DNA from: Eledone cirrhosa
Lineage: Eukaryota
Reading direction: 5' to 3'
Length of the DNA: 64,000 nucleotides
Assembly: GCA_964016885.1 (NCBI GenBank)
Contig: OZ024748.1
Span: forward strand, 15,066,001 to 15,130,000
Shown one piece after another: positions 26,655 to 39,151 of this stretch (positions are counted from its first letter, which is position 1; the number at the start of each line of letters is the position of its first letter). The position numbers and the translations under genes were made by a program. Below the pieces are notes generated by a model. It saw only the letters and a program-made list of their open reading frames with translations, was not told the origin of the DNA and searched no databases.

Positions 26655-26925
26655 GTACACCCATTACACTCTGCACAGTGGTTGTTCTTAGGAAGGGCAT
26701 CCAGCTGTAGAAAGCATACCAAACAAAATTATGCCATGAACATGAAAATCTCCCCTGTGTTGATACCATGATGAAATGTACCCAGTACACTCTGTTAAGT
26801 GGTTGTTGTTAGGAAAGGCATCCAGCTTTAGAAAATATATCAAACAAAGTTATACCATGGACATGAAAATCTCCCTCGTGTTGGTACCATGATGAAATGC
26901 CCCCAGCACACTCTGTTAAGTGGAT
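26655..26925 (+). repeat. ~121-bp tandem repeat (2.3 copies) of the RTE/SINE 3' tail module
   Basis: acccagtacactctg..agtggttg..ttaggaagggcatccagc recurs; (g/t)ataccatgatg at 26762 and 26883. Confidence 0.85.
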
Positions 26926-27029
26926 ATATGTTACAGCTCTTCAGTCAATCTCAGAGATCTGCAGACTTGGTCAACGAAGATATGTTTAACCAATGCCAGT
27001 ATGGAAAAATGGATGTTAAATCATTATTG

Positions 27030-27212
27030 TTTGGCAGTATCGGTAGAGGGTCGGACGCCATGCTTTCCAGCATAGTTACGTCCCTTTACGATCCGAGTTC
27101 AAATCCCGCCGAGGTTGACTTTGCCTTTCATCCTTACGGGGTCGATAAAATAAAGTACCAGTAATGCACTGGGGAATTTGCTGTCCTTGTGCCTAAAGTA
27201 GAAACAATTATT
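27030..27212 (+). mobile_element. SINE family B
   Basis: ttggcagtatcggtagagggtcggacgcc...gagttcaaatcccgccgagg...gtagaaacaattatt. Confidence 0.9.
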
Positions 27213-27479
27213 GTTACCAACAGAAAAACCACCCGTCGGATGGTTTTCTGCTAGCATGTGTAGTGTGTATATTGATATTATACGCAAGTATATATACATG
27301 TAGATATGATACATCAAATAAAATCATAATTGACAATATAAACAGAAATTGAATGAAGACTGTGTTACACTGTCTTATGTAATCAGTAACGTAATCCATG
27401 ATACATTAAAAAAAAGACGATATTATATATTAACTGCATTAGGAGAAAATTAGTGACGGAAAATTAGTATGTTTATTTA

Positions 27480-27580
27480 AGTGATCGCCACCGGAAGTGT
27501 TGACATCACACACTCTCTCTTTCTATATATATATGGTAGTTGAAGTGGTGGTGGTGGCAATGATATACCGGAAGTGCAAC
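27480..27580. promoter_or_regulatory. Candidate promoter: two ETS-type ACCGGAAGTG sites in locally CpG-retaining, apparently unique DNA
   Basis: ACCGGAAGTG at 27490-27499 and 27567-27576; many CG dinucleotides across ~27220-27745. Confidence 0.5.
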
Positions 27581-28002
27581 TTTGAAAAGAAGTCAATTTT
27601 AAATTATTTATTTTTACGAAATTATTTTTGTTTACGAAATTTAGTAGATAAATTATGTACTATTCATTCATTGTTTATTCAAAGTAATCCAACTTATTTT
27701 ACTAACGAGATAAAAAAAAAAAAACGTACACAGTCCCGCAGACCTTCCTTTATTATAGTTTAGATGATTAATATTATTATTTGTCTCATATATAGAGAAA
27801 AAAGTAAAAGATTGGTAATATTATGATTAACACTCTTGCAAATATGTCTTAACTAATAAATTAACTCTTCATCAGGAAAGATTCTGACAGTGATTTCCAA
27901 ATCCTTTTGAAAGTAATGAAGAATTTGGAGGAATTGAATAAAATAACAAAGATTCTTACATGCAATTATGATGGAAGGTTTTGAGATGAAGATAAACACT
28001 TT

Positions 28003-28248
28003 ATCCCTTTCATTCCCATAATTCTAATAATAATAAAAAAAACACTGGCTATGATTTTCAATTAATTTTGAAAATATTCACATATTTGGCAGAATTTCAT
28101 AATATAACTAAATTTCTAATGATTAAACTGGTGAGTTTGTACAGAAAACTATAATGGAAGGATTTTAGATAAGTAAAAGTACTGTAAAACAAGAGTTTGT
28201 ATCATAGAACCAATAATTGTTTTAGGTGGATTAATATTAAAAGGTTTA
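28003..28248. mobile_element. Degenerate TTAA-type MITE
   Basis: ttatccctttc...aaaaggttta ends; tttgtatcatagaacca shared with 29727-29780. Confidence 0.45.
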
Positions 28249-28821
28249 TGAGTGATGTTAATATCAAAGACAAGCCTTTCTTCTCTCTCATATATAATCT
28301 GGTTGATGACTCTTCACATTAACTCTACTACTACTATCAGAAATTAAAACCTCTTATTTTCCTCTTCAAATTACGATTCTCTCTTCATTTGATGTACAGA
28401 TAAGTAAAGAAAGGAAGAAAAAAAAAACAAGATAGTAGTCGATGAAATAAAGTCTTCCATTGAATTTCAACAAGGAGAAGCGCCTGTGTCATCTAATAAT
28501 TAACAACATACTTGCATCTCATACTTCATCTTCATAAAACAGTTATCTATCTTCAGTTATGACCAGTTTCTATCTATGATGCTTCACATCTCTGATTGAT
28601 CATGAAACAGTAATTGTCATAGAATATATCCATAGATTAACTATATAACCATATATATATACATACACCCACACATATATATATGAAGTTATCATCAACA
28701 CACAATCTGTTTGATGTGTTAAGAGAAATTATCAAGATATGAATAAAAGTTAAGACATAAAATCCCCAAAAGTTAATTCAGGGTTTGGCAGAAACTGTAA
28801 CACCATCTGTTATTTTTGCAG

Positions 28822-29100
28822 TATTATCACATTTTGAAATGTAATGCACCAGTCCCCATCAAGAACTCTGTTGTCCTTGGTTCCTGCACTGCTGATTTCC
28901 TCCAAGAAGTCAGAAAGATGGTGGCCTGCTTGAGGAAAGAGCCCCATGAGGTGGGGTAGCTGTTGCAGCTGGTGTCTCTGGCTCTTCTCAGTGATAACGC
29001 TTTTACCAGTTTGACTGCGGAGCGCAGCTGAGGCACTGCTCAGACTTGGATGTAGTGACTGTCCCTCCTCCACTCCCTTTCTTTTGTTGCTTGAGCCTTC
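28822..29100 (+). mobile_element. 3' relic of a CRE-like (restriction-like endonuclease) non-LTR retrotransposon
   Basis: + frame: APVPIKNSVVLGSCTADFLQEVRKMVACLRKEPHEVG*LLQLVSLALLSDNAFTSLT, fitting the recalled CRE C-terminal pattern P.A.ET.G..G....FL.ELG.......EPRE..WL.QR.SLA..RGNA. Confidence 0.7.
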
Positions 29101-29259
29101 TTTCATTTTCTTTCCCCCTCCCCCACCTTTTTGTTCCCTTTAATAGTGTTTTGTTTTTATTAGATAGTGCTCAATTATTTTTATATTATGTCAATGGTTT
29201 TTCATGACAACGTGAGATTTTGTATATAGACAAAATAGTATGACAGTGGAATCTGTCTC

Positions 29260-29680
29260 AACCTCTTCATAATTTTGGTTAAAGTGTTGCGCTCATGATT
29301 GTAATATGATAGGCTCAGTTCAAGACAGTGCATTGTGTCCTTGAGCAAGAAACAATTTGTTTCATGTTGTTCCAGTTCACTCAGCTGCAAAGAAATTTGT
29401 AGCTACAGCCTGGCATTAAACCGGTGATGGACTTGATAGGGAAAAAAGAAAATGGATGTACTCTGGTTTATGATTGAGGCAGAAGGCCAACAATTTGGTG
29501 GGAGGGGGAAGTTGATTAAATCAACCCCAGTGCATTACTGGTTCTTTATTTTAATTACCTCATAAGAATGAAAGGCAAAGCTAACCTCAGCAAGATTTGA
29601 ACTCAGAATGTAAAGGGATGTAACACCATATTGCAAAGAATGTTCTTTGATGTTCTATCAATACTGCCAATCCACTGTGC
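29260..29680. mobile_element. Old CORE-like SINE (+) followed by a SINE family B copy (-)
   Basis: gtgtccttgagcaaga core at ~29335; family B blocks at 29470-29678. Confidence 0.7.
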
Positions 29681-30861
29681 TGGATGTTATATGATGGTAA
29701 TGATAATCACTTTGAAATAAACAATTTTGTATCACAGAACCAGAGGCAGTTTCAAGCACTTTGGTATCAAAAGGGTTAAACCATAAAAAGTATCAATTTG
29801 TACTAATATGGTTTATGTGTTTTAGTGTGAGAATACTGTGAGAGTATTTTTTCTATAACATAAAATAATTTGTAAATAAACACTTAAAATTAAAAAAACT
29901 TAAATTAATTTTTTTTTAAATGTCATCAGAATTTGTAATATTTTTACAAACATTATCAAAGTATTCATGATAAATGAACATTTTTATTTCAATGTTTTAT
30001 TATATCATAGTATTTTCTATTATTATTATTATCATTATTATTGTTGTTGTGGTGATTGTTGTCATTATTTTCTTTTCCTGCTATCTCTATGGGAGCTCTC
30101 ATCTCTCGAGTAATTTCAACTTTTATTTAAGAGCTCACTTATGCTGTGTCTACTTAAGCGGCCTTTCTGTATTGATTCTTCTTCAAATCTACTGTTTCCA
30201 ATTATAATTCTACAGTAACTCACTTCAGAAAGGAAAATAAATGTTAAAAACTACAAAATCTTTTTGACTGATTTTTAAAAAAGAAAAAAGAAAAGAAAAG
30301 AAAAGAAAAGAAAAAGAAATGGAATTGTATCAAAAAATAAATTATATAACTAAAACTGCACAAAATGAATTGTTTCGAATATGGCTTTTAAAAATAAAAT
30401 AAAATAAAAACACTGATGTATTTCCGATTTTATAAAATCATTAGATTCCCCAGACTTACTGGAACTTTCTTGAAGAAAACTAAAAATAAAAATGAGTATA
30501 AAAATTGGAAAATGATAAATAAAAGATTAAAAGGTGAGTGAAAAAAAGTGTTTAAATTCATTCTCTCAAGATGTTACACTTAAAATTATTATTATTTTTT
30601 TTGCTATCCCCCCATCCCCACCCCAGCCCACACACAAAAAAAGAAAAAGAAAAAAGACAAAAGTGTAATCTAAATTATTTAAAAAATAAATAATATGTTT
30701 GTTTTCCTTCTCATGCTTTAATATGATGTCTCAAAGTGTAGAAACTTAATGTGTAAATATTTTCTGGAATTTTATCTAGAAAAAAAAATAATATCAAAAA
30801 TTTGCTATGATATTTCAATGCTGTGACATCATGCTGTTATTCACTATAAACATAGGTGCAG

Positions 30862-31275
30862 TGAAGGTACATGACATAATGGTTAGGGTGTTTGGCTCAG
30901 GTTCATTAGATCACAGGTTCAATTCCCAGTGGGGTATTGTATCTTTGAACAAGACATTTTATGGCAAAAATTAAGTTGTACTTTTTATTCAAAGATCTAC
31001 CCTTACCATTAACTGTGTCAAGTTGAATCTACTATAGAATTCTGTTAAAATGAATATGTCTGTGGAATAGTCAGCCACTTTTGCAATACCTATAATTAAA
31101 AGGGTCATGATTGTCACACATTGTATCATGTTGAATAGCTTTGAGAACTAGAACTACACTAAGGATGCACAGGTGTGTGGAAAGCTTTGCCACTGGTACA
31201 TTAATTTTTCAAGCAGGGTGTTTCATTGTTCAAACAATTCGAACACATTTTGTTGGAACCAACAGGGGTCTAATA
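30862..31275 (+). mobile_element. Degenerate tRNA-head SINE with an internal duplication
   Basis: ggttcaattccc B box; gctgaatct..ctgtggaat..tcagccact segment occurs twice. Confidence 0.6.
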
Positions 31276-31547
31276 CAACTACATACATGCACACACACTC
31301 ATACACATGTATATAAGCTGTTATTCTATGTTAATAAAACTCTGATGATACGGATTTTAAGCCTATTTCTGATGATTGAAGTATGAAATAATAATGGAAG
31401 CTTAGATAAAAACTCTTTCTTCTTAAGAAATTTCTAAGATCGTGATTCTATAATCTCATATCCTCCGGATGAACTTCTATCGGTTGAAACATTTGTTAGT
31501 TTGACAACATATGGACTCTTTGATGTTTATTATTCTTTATATATATA

Positions 31548-31848
31548 TACAACATCCAGTCCAAATAAATGAGATAATAAGATCGAGATCGAGATTGTGT
31601 AGGTGTCACAACAAAAAAAAAACACACAGTCCATGCTGTAATGTGGCCGTGTAAGTAACACGGTAAAAAGTTCCCAGTTCCACACTGTAAATGTGGTTGG
31701 TGTTAGGAAGGGCATCCAGTCGTAGAAAACCTGGCAGATAGTCCTATATGAGTGAGACACGGTCACTTGACCAACCTTGCCTCAAGTGGGACAACTCCCA
31801 TCTAACCCATGCTAGCGTGGAAGATGGACGTTAAACAAAGATGATGAT
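31548..31848 (+). mobile_element. RTE LINE 3' UTR fragment
   Basis: Matches the reverse complement of 54754-55025. Confidence 0.9.
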
Positions 31849-32311
31849 ATAAATGATGGCAAAAGACTAATGTCATTTTACCATTTCCAGTGCTAACTTT
31901 CAAATATCTTTAATTTCAAAAATCCACATTTCAACTCAACTATTTGGGCGACTTTACTTTTTTTTTTTTTTTTGTTCATTTCTATATTTTTTGTGTCATA
32001 AAAGAAAAACCTTTCTATGTGAAAATTGAAAATGCAATTGTTCTTTCTTAAATCTAAGTGCATACTCTTTTTCGTTTAACATGGAAATAATAAAATGATG
32101 ATTTTAAGATCTTATTTCATCATCCTGTATAGTAAGTATGGTCTATCACATGCTGAGAAGAAATAGAAATTTTTTAGAAATAATTGGTCTTATCAGGTTT
32201 CATTTATAGTCTTGTATGCGTGTGTATGTGTATGCATATGTGCTTGTATGTTTGAATCATTGCACATATGTTGTGTGCTGAAACTATTGTATTTGTGTGT
32301 AAAAAAAGGTG

Positions 32312-32385
<74 letters not shown>

Positions 32386-32418
32386 GAGGGAGGGAGAGTG
32401 TGTGTGTGAGTGTGTAGT

Positions 32419-32508
32419 ATCTATCTATCTAAGGCGGGTAAAATTCCCGAGATCCATGGACGAGTTCTCTCCAGCGGTCTCTGTCCCTCATTATCGCTGC
32501 CATATCCT
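32419..32508 (-). mobile_element. Extreme 3' end of the (GATA)n-tailed RTE family
   Basis: Near-identical reverse complement of 40057-40148. Confidence 0.9.
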
Positions 32509-32584
32509 CACATAGTATAAACTCACATTTAAGGCACATTCAACCATAACAGGTGGCGAACAGTGGTATGCAACATGTCACAAA

Positions 32585-32875
32585 AGTGCCCTATAATTCC
32601 ATTAGGATTTGAAGGCCCATGAGATACAGCACACCTTTGAACCTATCAAGACATGAAGCCCTATGATACAATATGATACAACACCCCTGTGAACCTATCA
32701 AGAGTTGAAGCCCTGAAATATATGATACAGTGGCCCTAAGAATCCATCAGGGATCGAAGCCCTATGTTATAGCACCCCTATGAACCCATCAAGACTCGAA
32801 GCCCTATGATACAATATGATACAGTGCACCTATGATTCCTTCAGGAATTGAGGTCCTATAATACAATATGTTATA
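32585..32875. repeat. Degenerate ~40-55-bp tandem repeat
   Basis: Recurring gaacctatcaaga..tgaagccctatgatacaatatgatac. Confidence 0.8.
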
Positions 32876-33036
32876 AGGTCTACAAGGCTAAACTCTGATT
32901 TACCAGACTAACAGCCTGAAACACTTACTGATCTTTCATTACTAAGATGATATTTATAACATAACTTTCAAAGATTATTCTTATATAAGATAAAGTTGGA
33001 AGATTATAATTCAAAAATAAAATCCTGTAATGATTT

Positions 33037-33300
33037 AGTGGAGCTTCATGGCCAAGTGGTAAGGGTGCTGGATGAACAATCATAATGCTATGGGTTCGAT
33101 TCTTGTACTAGGTTATGTTGTGTTCTTCAGCAAAATACTTCATTTGACATTGCTCCAGCATACTCAGCTGAAAATGAGTACCAACAATAACTAGGATTTT
33201 AACCCTGTGAAGGACTGGTGTCCTGTTCAGTGGGGAGCCTTGTACTCTAGGTCGCTTCATTCCATGGAAACCTGGATGATGAGTCTCTGGACTTAAGATA
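33037..33300 (+). mobile_element. Old tRNA-head CORE-like SINE
   Basis: tggccaagtggtaagg A box, gggttcgattc B box, gtgttcttcagcaaaatactt core. Confidence 0.75.
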
Positions 33301-34010
33301 TTTAAAACTTTCTTTTAGAATGATTTAGCAGACAGAAACACAGGTTTTTTTAATTCATGTTGTTTATCATATCTTTACAAGAGAACAGATCATGAAAATC
33401 TGCAATATTAGAGTAAAATGTTTCAATTTTTATGTGATATAGTCATCATGTTGTTTTATAATTTTCAAGAATATTTTGCTAATGAGGTTATATGTGGTAC
33501 ATGATGTTAAGAGTTAAATAGGCAATCTTTAAAATGGGTGGCCTTTTTTTTAATAGAACCAGAGGCAGTTTTGGCTGGGTTGGCATCTTCTCTTATATTT
33601 AAAAAAATAAATAAAAATGCAATATATCATATACTTTATTCCAAACACTAGAATTTTACTAAATGTTAATATTGATACATTCATTTTGCAATCACACTTT
33701 CCATATTAAATCACAAACTTTGTGAGTATTTTCAATTACAATAGCAAACTGCCTTTGAGAATTTAGTTTCTCTTTGAAGATTGCAGAAACAAAATGTTTT
33801 GCTTTCATGTTAATAATTGATGCTAAATGTTTTCTTGTTACTTATCCTAATTTCAAATGAATATAAAGCAGTAATTTATTCCTTTGTTCTTCTCTAAATA
33901 TTGATGTACTTAGAAATGGAGTTGTTATTTACTTATATATTGATATTTATATATACATAAACACACACATATGTGTGTATATATATATGTGTGTGTGTAC
34001 AGACACACAC

Positions 34011-34055
<45 letters not shown>

Positions 34056-34172
34056 TATGTGTACACACAGAGATACTCACACACACATATTATATTATTA
34101 GTAATGGCAACGTAATAACATTACTGCTAATGTGTGTAGATATGAATCTACACACCCACACACACGCATATG

Positions 34173-34208
<36 letters not shown>

Positions 34209-34272
34209 CATAAATACATTACATACATAGTTTCATACATTCAAAAAATAAAAAAATAAAAATTTTGATTAT

Positions 34273-34327
<55 letters not shown>

Positions 34328-34525
34328 TTATCTAACTCTCACCCTCTCTTTATTACACTCAACATCACTAAGAGAACAGTAACTTTGGAGTAGAATGGAC
34401 TCAAAACATAACATCCAACCCAAGCCAGAAGGGATAATAGATCTAAACTGCTTCCATGCTCATTATATACATGTATGTGTGTGTGTGCACGTCCATGTGT
34501 GTGGGTGTGAGTGTTTTTTTTGTGT

Positions 34526-34649
<124 letters not shown>

Positions 34650-34794
34650 TTGGGGAGTGTCATATTTGTGTAATATTGCCAGAATTATATATATATATAT
34701 TAATAAACAAGCAACTAAAGAATGAATTTCTTAAACTGTAGTTAAGCTCAGCTGCTCAATGTGACTTTATTGGCAGCATGTCATATATATATAT

Positions 34795-34963
34795 CAGAGA
34801 GGGTGTGGTAAAATACCAGGTGGACCATAACCCACCAGAGTACTCAATGCTTGGTGTAGTATAGTGTGTAATATGAAAAGATTCAAGACTCCGATGGCTG
34901 ATCTTCGGCCATCTAGCTGTCGAAACGGCCGTTGCTCAGCCGTCACGGTCCAGAATCTTTGCG
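34795..34963 (+). mobile_element. Penelope-like terminal-repeat relic in (TA)n with a hammerhead-like remnant
   Basis: CCGATGG...CGAAACGGCCGTT with palindromic ACGGCCGT; CpG-rich and flanked by (TA)n. Confidence 0.5.
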
Positions 34964-36210
34964 TATATATATATATATATACACACACACATATATAGCA
35001 AGGGTAAAAATATAACGCTGTTTGTAGAGAGCTATATAGAAGAGTATATGATTGCCAAATAGCTCTATGCAAAGCTGAATGGGTTTATGTTAGAAGAAAT
35101 AAGAGATACTTTTTAAGGGAAAAGATTCAGAAAGATAGGTGTAAACACAGAACATATATAAGCAAAGAATTAGGTAGAATAACGTTCTTGCAGCATTTAA
35201 TGCCTTACAATTGTTTTCACATTGCCACCAATCATTACACAGTTAGCGAAAAAGAATAAAATTGTGTATAACATCTGCAAAGAAAAATTGGCAAAACTTC
35301 ATCAGAAGCAAAAAAGCAGATAAATAAAACAAGATAGGCCAAAGCTTATCCCTCAATGCAAGCCACTGGAAATTACATTCAAATATGACAAGCTGAAATC
35401 CTTATTTATTAGTATGAATATATATATATATAGTTGAAGGAAACAACAAACAGAGGTAAAAAAAAGTCTTATTAGTTTCCCACTTTATATGGAAAAGTGG
35501 ACAGAAAGTTAAACATGTTGGGCATTAGCCTTTCTTCGGGAGTACAAAAAAAGAAGACAGAATCACAAAGGATAGATAAAGAAAATAAAAGGTAGTCCAA
35601 GTAAAAAAAAAAACCCAAAAACGAAAATAGAGTAAACCAGACAAACCTTTATGTAGTATATATATATATATGGAGGATTACAATTAAAAACAGACGCTAT
35701 CATATCTAAAGTGTTTTTATGATGAATTGTTAAAAGAATAATTAACACATTTTAGTTAATTCTTTCAGGTGTATGTTTGAAGAAACTCGCTATAAATAAT
35801 TATCAATTAATTAAATAATTCATATGGAATTTTGGTAAGCATTAAAGACTAGAAAAGACATGAAACAATCAATTATTTAAGTCGAACATTTATGTAAGGT
35901 AAGTTGAAATATAGTTAGGAATATTTAGAAATATTACAATTAATAAATTTACAGTACGATCTAAAACTTTATTTTTGATTTGTATATATATATTTGATGA
36001 TTGGTTTAAAGTGATGGTTCTTTTAATAACAACATTTACAAATTGAAACTGCCTAGAGAAGAAACATTCAAAAATATATAATGTTTCAATATATTAGCAA
36101 ATTTTAAAAGATGAAAATGATATAATTGTTTTATGGTAGTTGGCAAGATACAAAAATAAATTATCAGCTTTTAAAGTAACAGACTTCTCTACTCTTACTC
36201 CTCTAACTCA

Positions 36211-36590
36211 CCTCATTCCTTCTTTTAGTAACTTTTCAAAGCATGAAACTTTGCTTTCAGAACTTACTTTCCTAAAGATGGCAAGCTAGTAACAATACGT
36301 TTTCTTCTCTTCATTTTTTCATCCCTCTTACTGTTAGTAGCTCTTCAAAACTTTCAAACATCCATTTCCTAAAGATGGCTCCTCATTCCTTCTTTTAGTA
36401 ACTTTTCAAAGCATGAAACTTTGCTTTCAGAACTTACTTTCCTAAAGATGGCAAGCTAGTAACAACATGTTTTCTCCCCTCTTCTTTTTTCCTCCCCTCT
36501 TACTGTTAGTTGCTCTTCAAAACCTAAGTCTTCACTTTCAAACATACTTTTCCTAAAGATAGCTCGCTGGTAACAACATGTTTTCAGCCC
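36211..36590. repeat. 170-bp tandem duplication, probably within a Penelope-like relic extending to ~36790
   Basis: cctcattccttcttttagtaacttttcaaagcatg at 36211 and 36381; ccaatgaagg..ctgaaacgttaag at ~36676-36706. Confidence 0.8.
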
Positions 36591-37654
36591 TCTTCTTTAC
36601 TCTACTGTTTTCATCTACTTTCACTGGCCTTTCTTTTTCTTCTTTCTCACTAACACTTCTTTCTGCGTGTATCTCCCAATGAAGGACTAGCATCTGAAAC
36701 GTTAAGACTCTTTTCCAACTCTAATATTAAATCAATATATTATTATTGTATTGTATTGCTCTTGTGCATTGTTTTTTTTTTTGTTTTTTAATGTTGACTT
36801 TTCTTCTAACATTTTACAGACAATGAATGAAAATCTATAATTATAAATAATTACGAAACTGAAGATATTTAATTATCTATTAATGAAAAGAACAACTAAC
36901 TAGTCATAAAATACAATTATTTTTATTCAATATATAACAGCCTAGAAGGGAAATTTAATATAAGAAAAATATTTGCACTTAAGTTAGTTGAAAGTAAAGT
37001 TTCTTTGGAGAGACCAAGGGTCAACAAACATCTGCAAATTTACTTTGTATGCATGGTGAACACATTCTAACACAGAGCTAAGTCAGTCATTCCACTACGT
37101 TTTCATTTACCTATCTTATATGTGTGTTAATGTCTGCATGAAAACACATTAACAAGATATTTTTCAAAAGTAGAAAGCAGCAAATGTTAAAGTCTTTACT
37201 TTAATTCTGCAAATTTTGGTGAAGAATTAAAATTTTTACTCTAACACTGCACATTTTCACAACGATTTGTCCACATTGTCCACAAATAAAGACATTATAA
37301 ACACTTAAATTAATAAACCAGTTTAAGATTACATAATTTTAGAAGTTAATTCAAGTTTCCTTTGTAAAGTTCAGAAAGTACAATACTGCACTATGATTGC
37401 ATCACATTAAAAATAAAATTCTTTACTATTGCCAATTTCCACAACAATTTCTTTGCTAATAAAAAAAGAAGCACTTGAATTAGAAAACCAGTTTTTAAAG
37501 ATTTTCTGCAACAAAATCATTGCAGAATCTGAAGAGTAAAGGAGAGAGAATGTACTTCAACTCTTGTACTTCTCACATGTTACAGAAAAATCCAAGAAAT
37601 GTTTCCAGCTTTATATGTGTTAGTTCTATCTCTCTTGTCAGCTAACTATTCTAT

Positions 37655-38143
37655 AATAATTGTTTCTACTTTTAGCACAAGGCCAGCAATTACCCAGTAC
37701 ATTATGGGTACTTTATATTATCGACATCGTAAGGATGAAAGACAAAGTTAACATTATTGCACTGGATAATTGCTGGCTTTGTGCCTAAAGTAGGAACAAT
37801 TATTATTATCTAGCATAGTTACGTCCCTTAACGATCCGAGTTCAAATCCCGCCGAGGTTGACTTTGCCTTGCATCCTTACGGGGTCGATAAAATAAAGTA
37901 CCAGTAATGCACTGGGTAATTGTTGGCCTTGTGCCAAAAGTAGAAACAATTATTAACATAATAATTGTTTCTACTATTGGCACAAGGCCAGCAATTACCC
38001 AGTACATTACTGGTACTTTATTTTATCGACCCGTAAGGATGAAAGGCAAAGTTAACCTCGGCGGGATTTGAACTCAGAATGGCAAGGGCCGTAACTCTGT
38101 GCATCAAAGCATGACGTCCGACCCTCTGCCGATACTGCCAATT
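37655..38143. mobile_element. Four SINE family B pieces in alternating orientation
   Basis: (-)37655-37752, (+)~37755-37805, (+)37811-37955, (-)37959-38143. Confidence 0.9.
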
Positions 38144-38654
38144 CATAATAATGGATTTCTTTTGATTCATAAGAATTCATTATTGATGTATTACTATAAC
38201 CTCTTACCATAGCCCTGTTATTCATAAGACTGATTAGGCAAAAGTGAAGGGAAACCATGTTTCTTTTTTTTTTTTTTCAAAGAGAGAGTTCAATTATGCT
38301 GTAGTTGAGTGAAATATTAAAATACTAGAGAAGCGTGTAATAGCTATATGACTACAGACCCACACAGGGGTTCATACGTCTCCGCTTGTGCTCTAAAACC
38401 AAAACCAGTATTAAAATCTAAGGATGTCTTTCTACTTTACTACTTTTCCATAGTCGATGTTTTTTTGTTTTTTTAAACTTTCAGAAACCAGAGATAAGAG
38501 ACTATTTTATGCTTTATATATTTTTTCCTTTTTATATTTTTACTCCATCCATCCAATTTTTACATGGAGTTTTGTAATCATTTATTTAAGCCCATTGATA
38601 AGCTAGCTTAACACCAACACTACATTACATACAAAAGGTTTATGAACATTTGTG

Positions 38655-39005
38655 TGGCCACCTACGAGGCTGTATCTCACAGGAGGTTTCTCAGGTGTTT
38701 AAATGATAGTGTTTCCAGTTTTATCATGCAGGTTTATGTAACCTCCTACGAGGCTGTATCTCATAGGAGGTTTCTCAGGTGTTTAAATGATAGTATTTCA
38801 AGCCTTATCATATTGTAGTTGCTGTTGCTCCAGCTCACACCTGTGCTGGTTTAGTTGGCCTCCTACAAAGTTCCATCTCATAGGAATTTACTCAGGTGTT
38901 TCAATGATTAGGTCCCAGGCATATAATGTTGTTGTTACAATTATCACCTATGCAGCTTTAGCTGGCCTCCAACAAAGGTTCATCCCATTGGAGGTTACTC
39001 AAATG
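38655..39005. repeat. ~85-105-bp degenerate tandem repeat, 4 copies
   Basis: cctacgaggctgtatctca.aggaggtttctcaggtgtttaaatgatagt at 38662 and 38746; weaker copies at ~38860 and ~38965. Confidence 0.8.
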
Positions 39006-39151
39006 TTACCTCAGTTGTGTCATCATCAAAAGTAAGAGAGAAAGCTTCTGATAAATTTGTTTTAGATATGTTTAATAAATAAACATTTAGAAAGCCTAGC
39101 AATGAATATTGAAAGGCTGACGGCTAGCACCATCTAGTGGATTCCAACAGA

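Noticed and set aside
28810-29106. 98-aa minus-strand ORF MKEGSSNK... as a host exon
   Set aside because: Antisense shadow of the CRE-like relic on the + strand; no splice signals
37110-37135. ~23-nt minus-strand microexon with good splice sites
   Set aside because: Stops in all three frames and no other support
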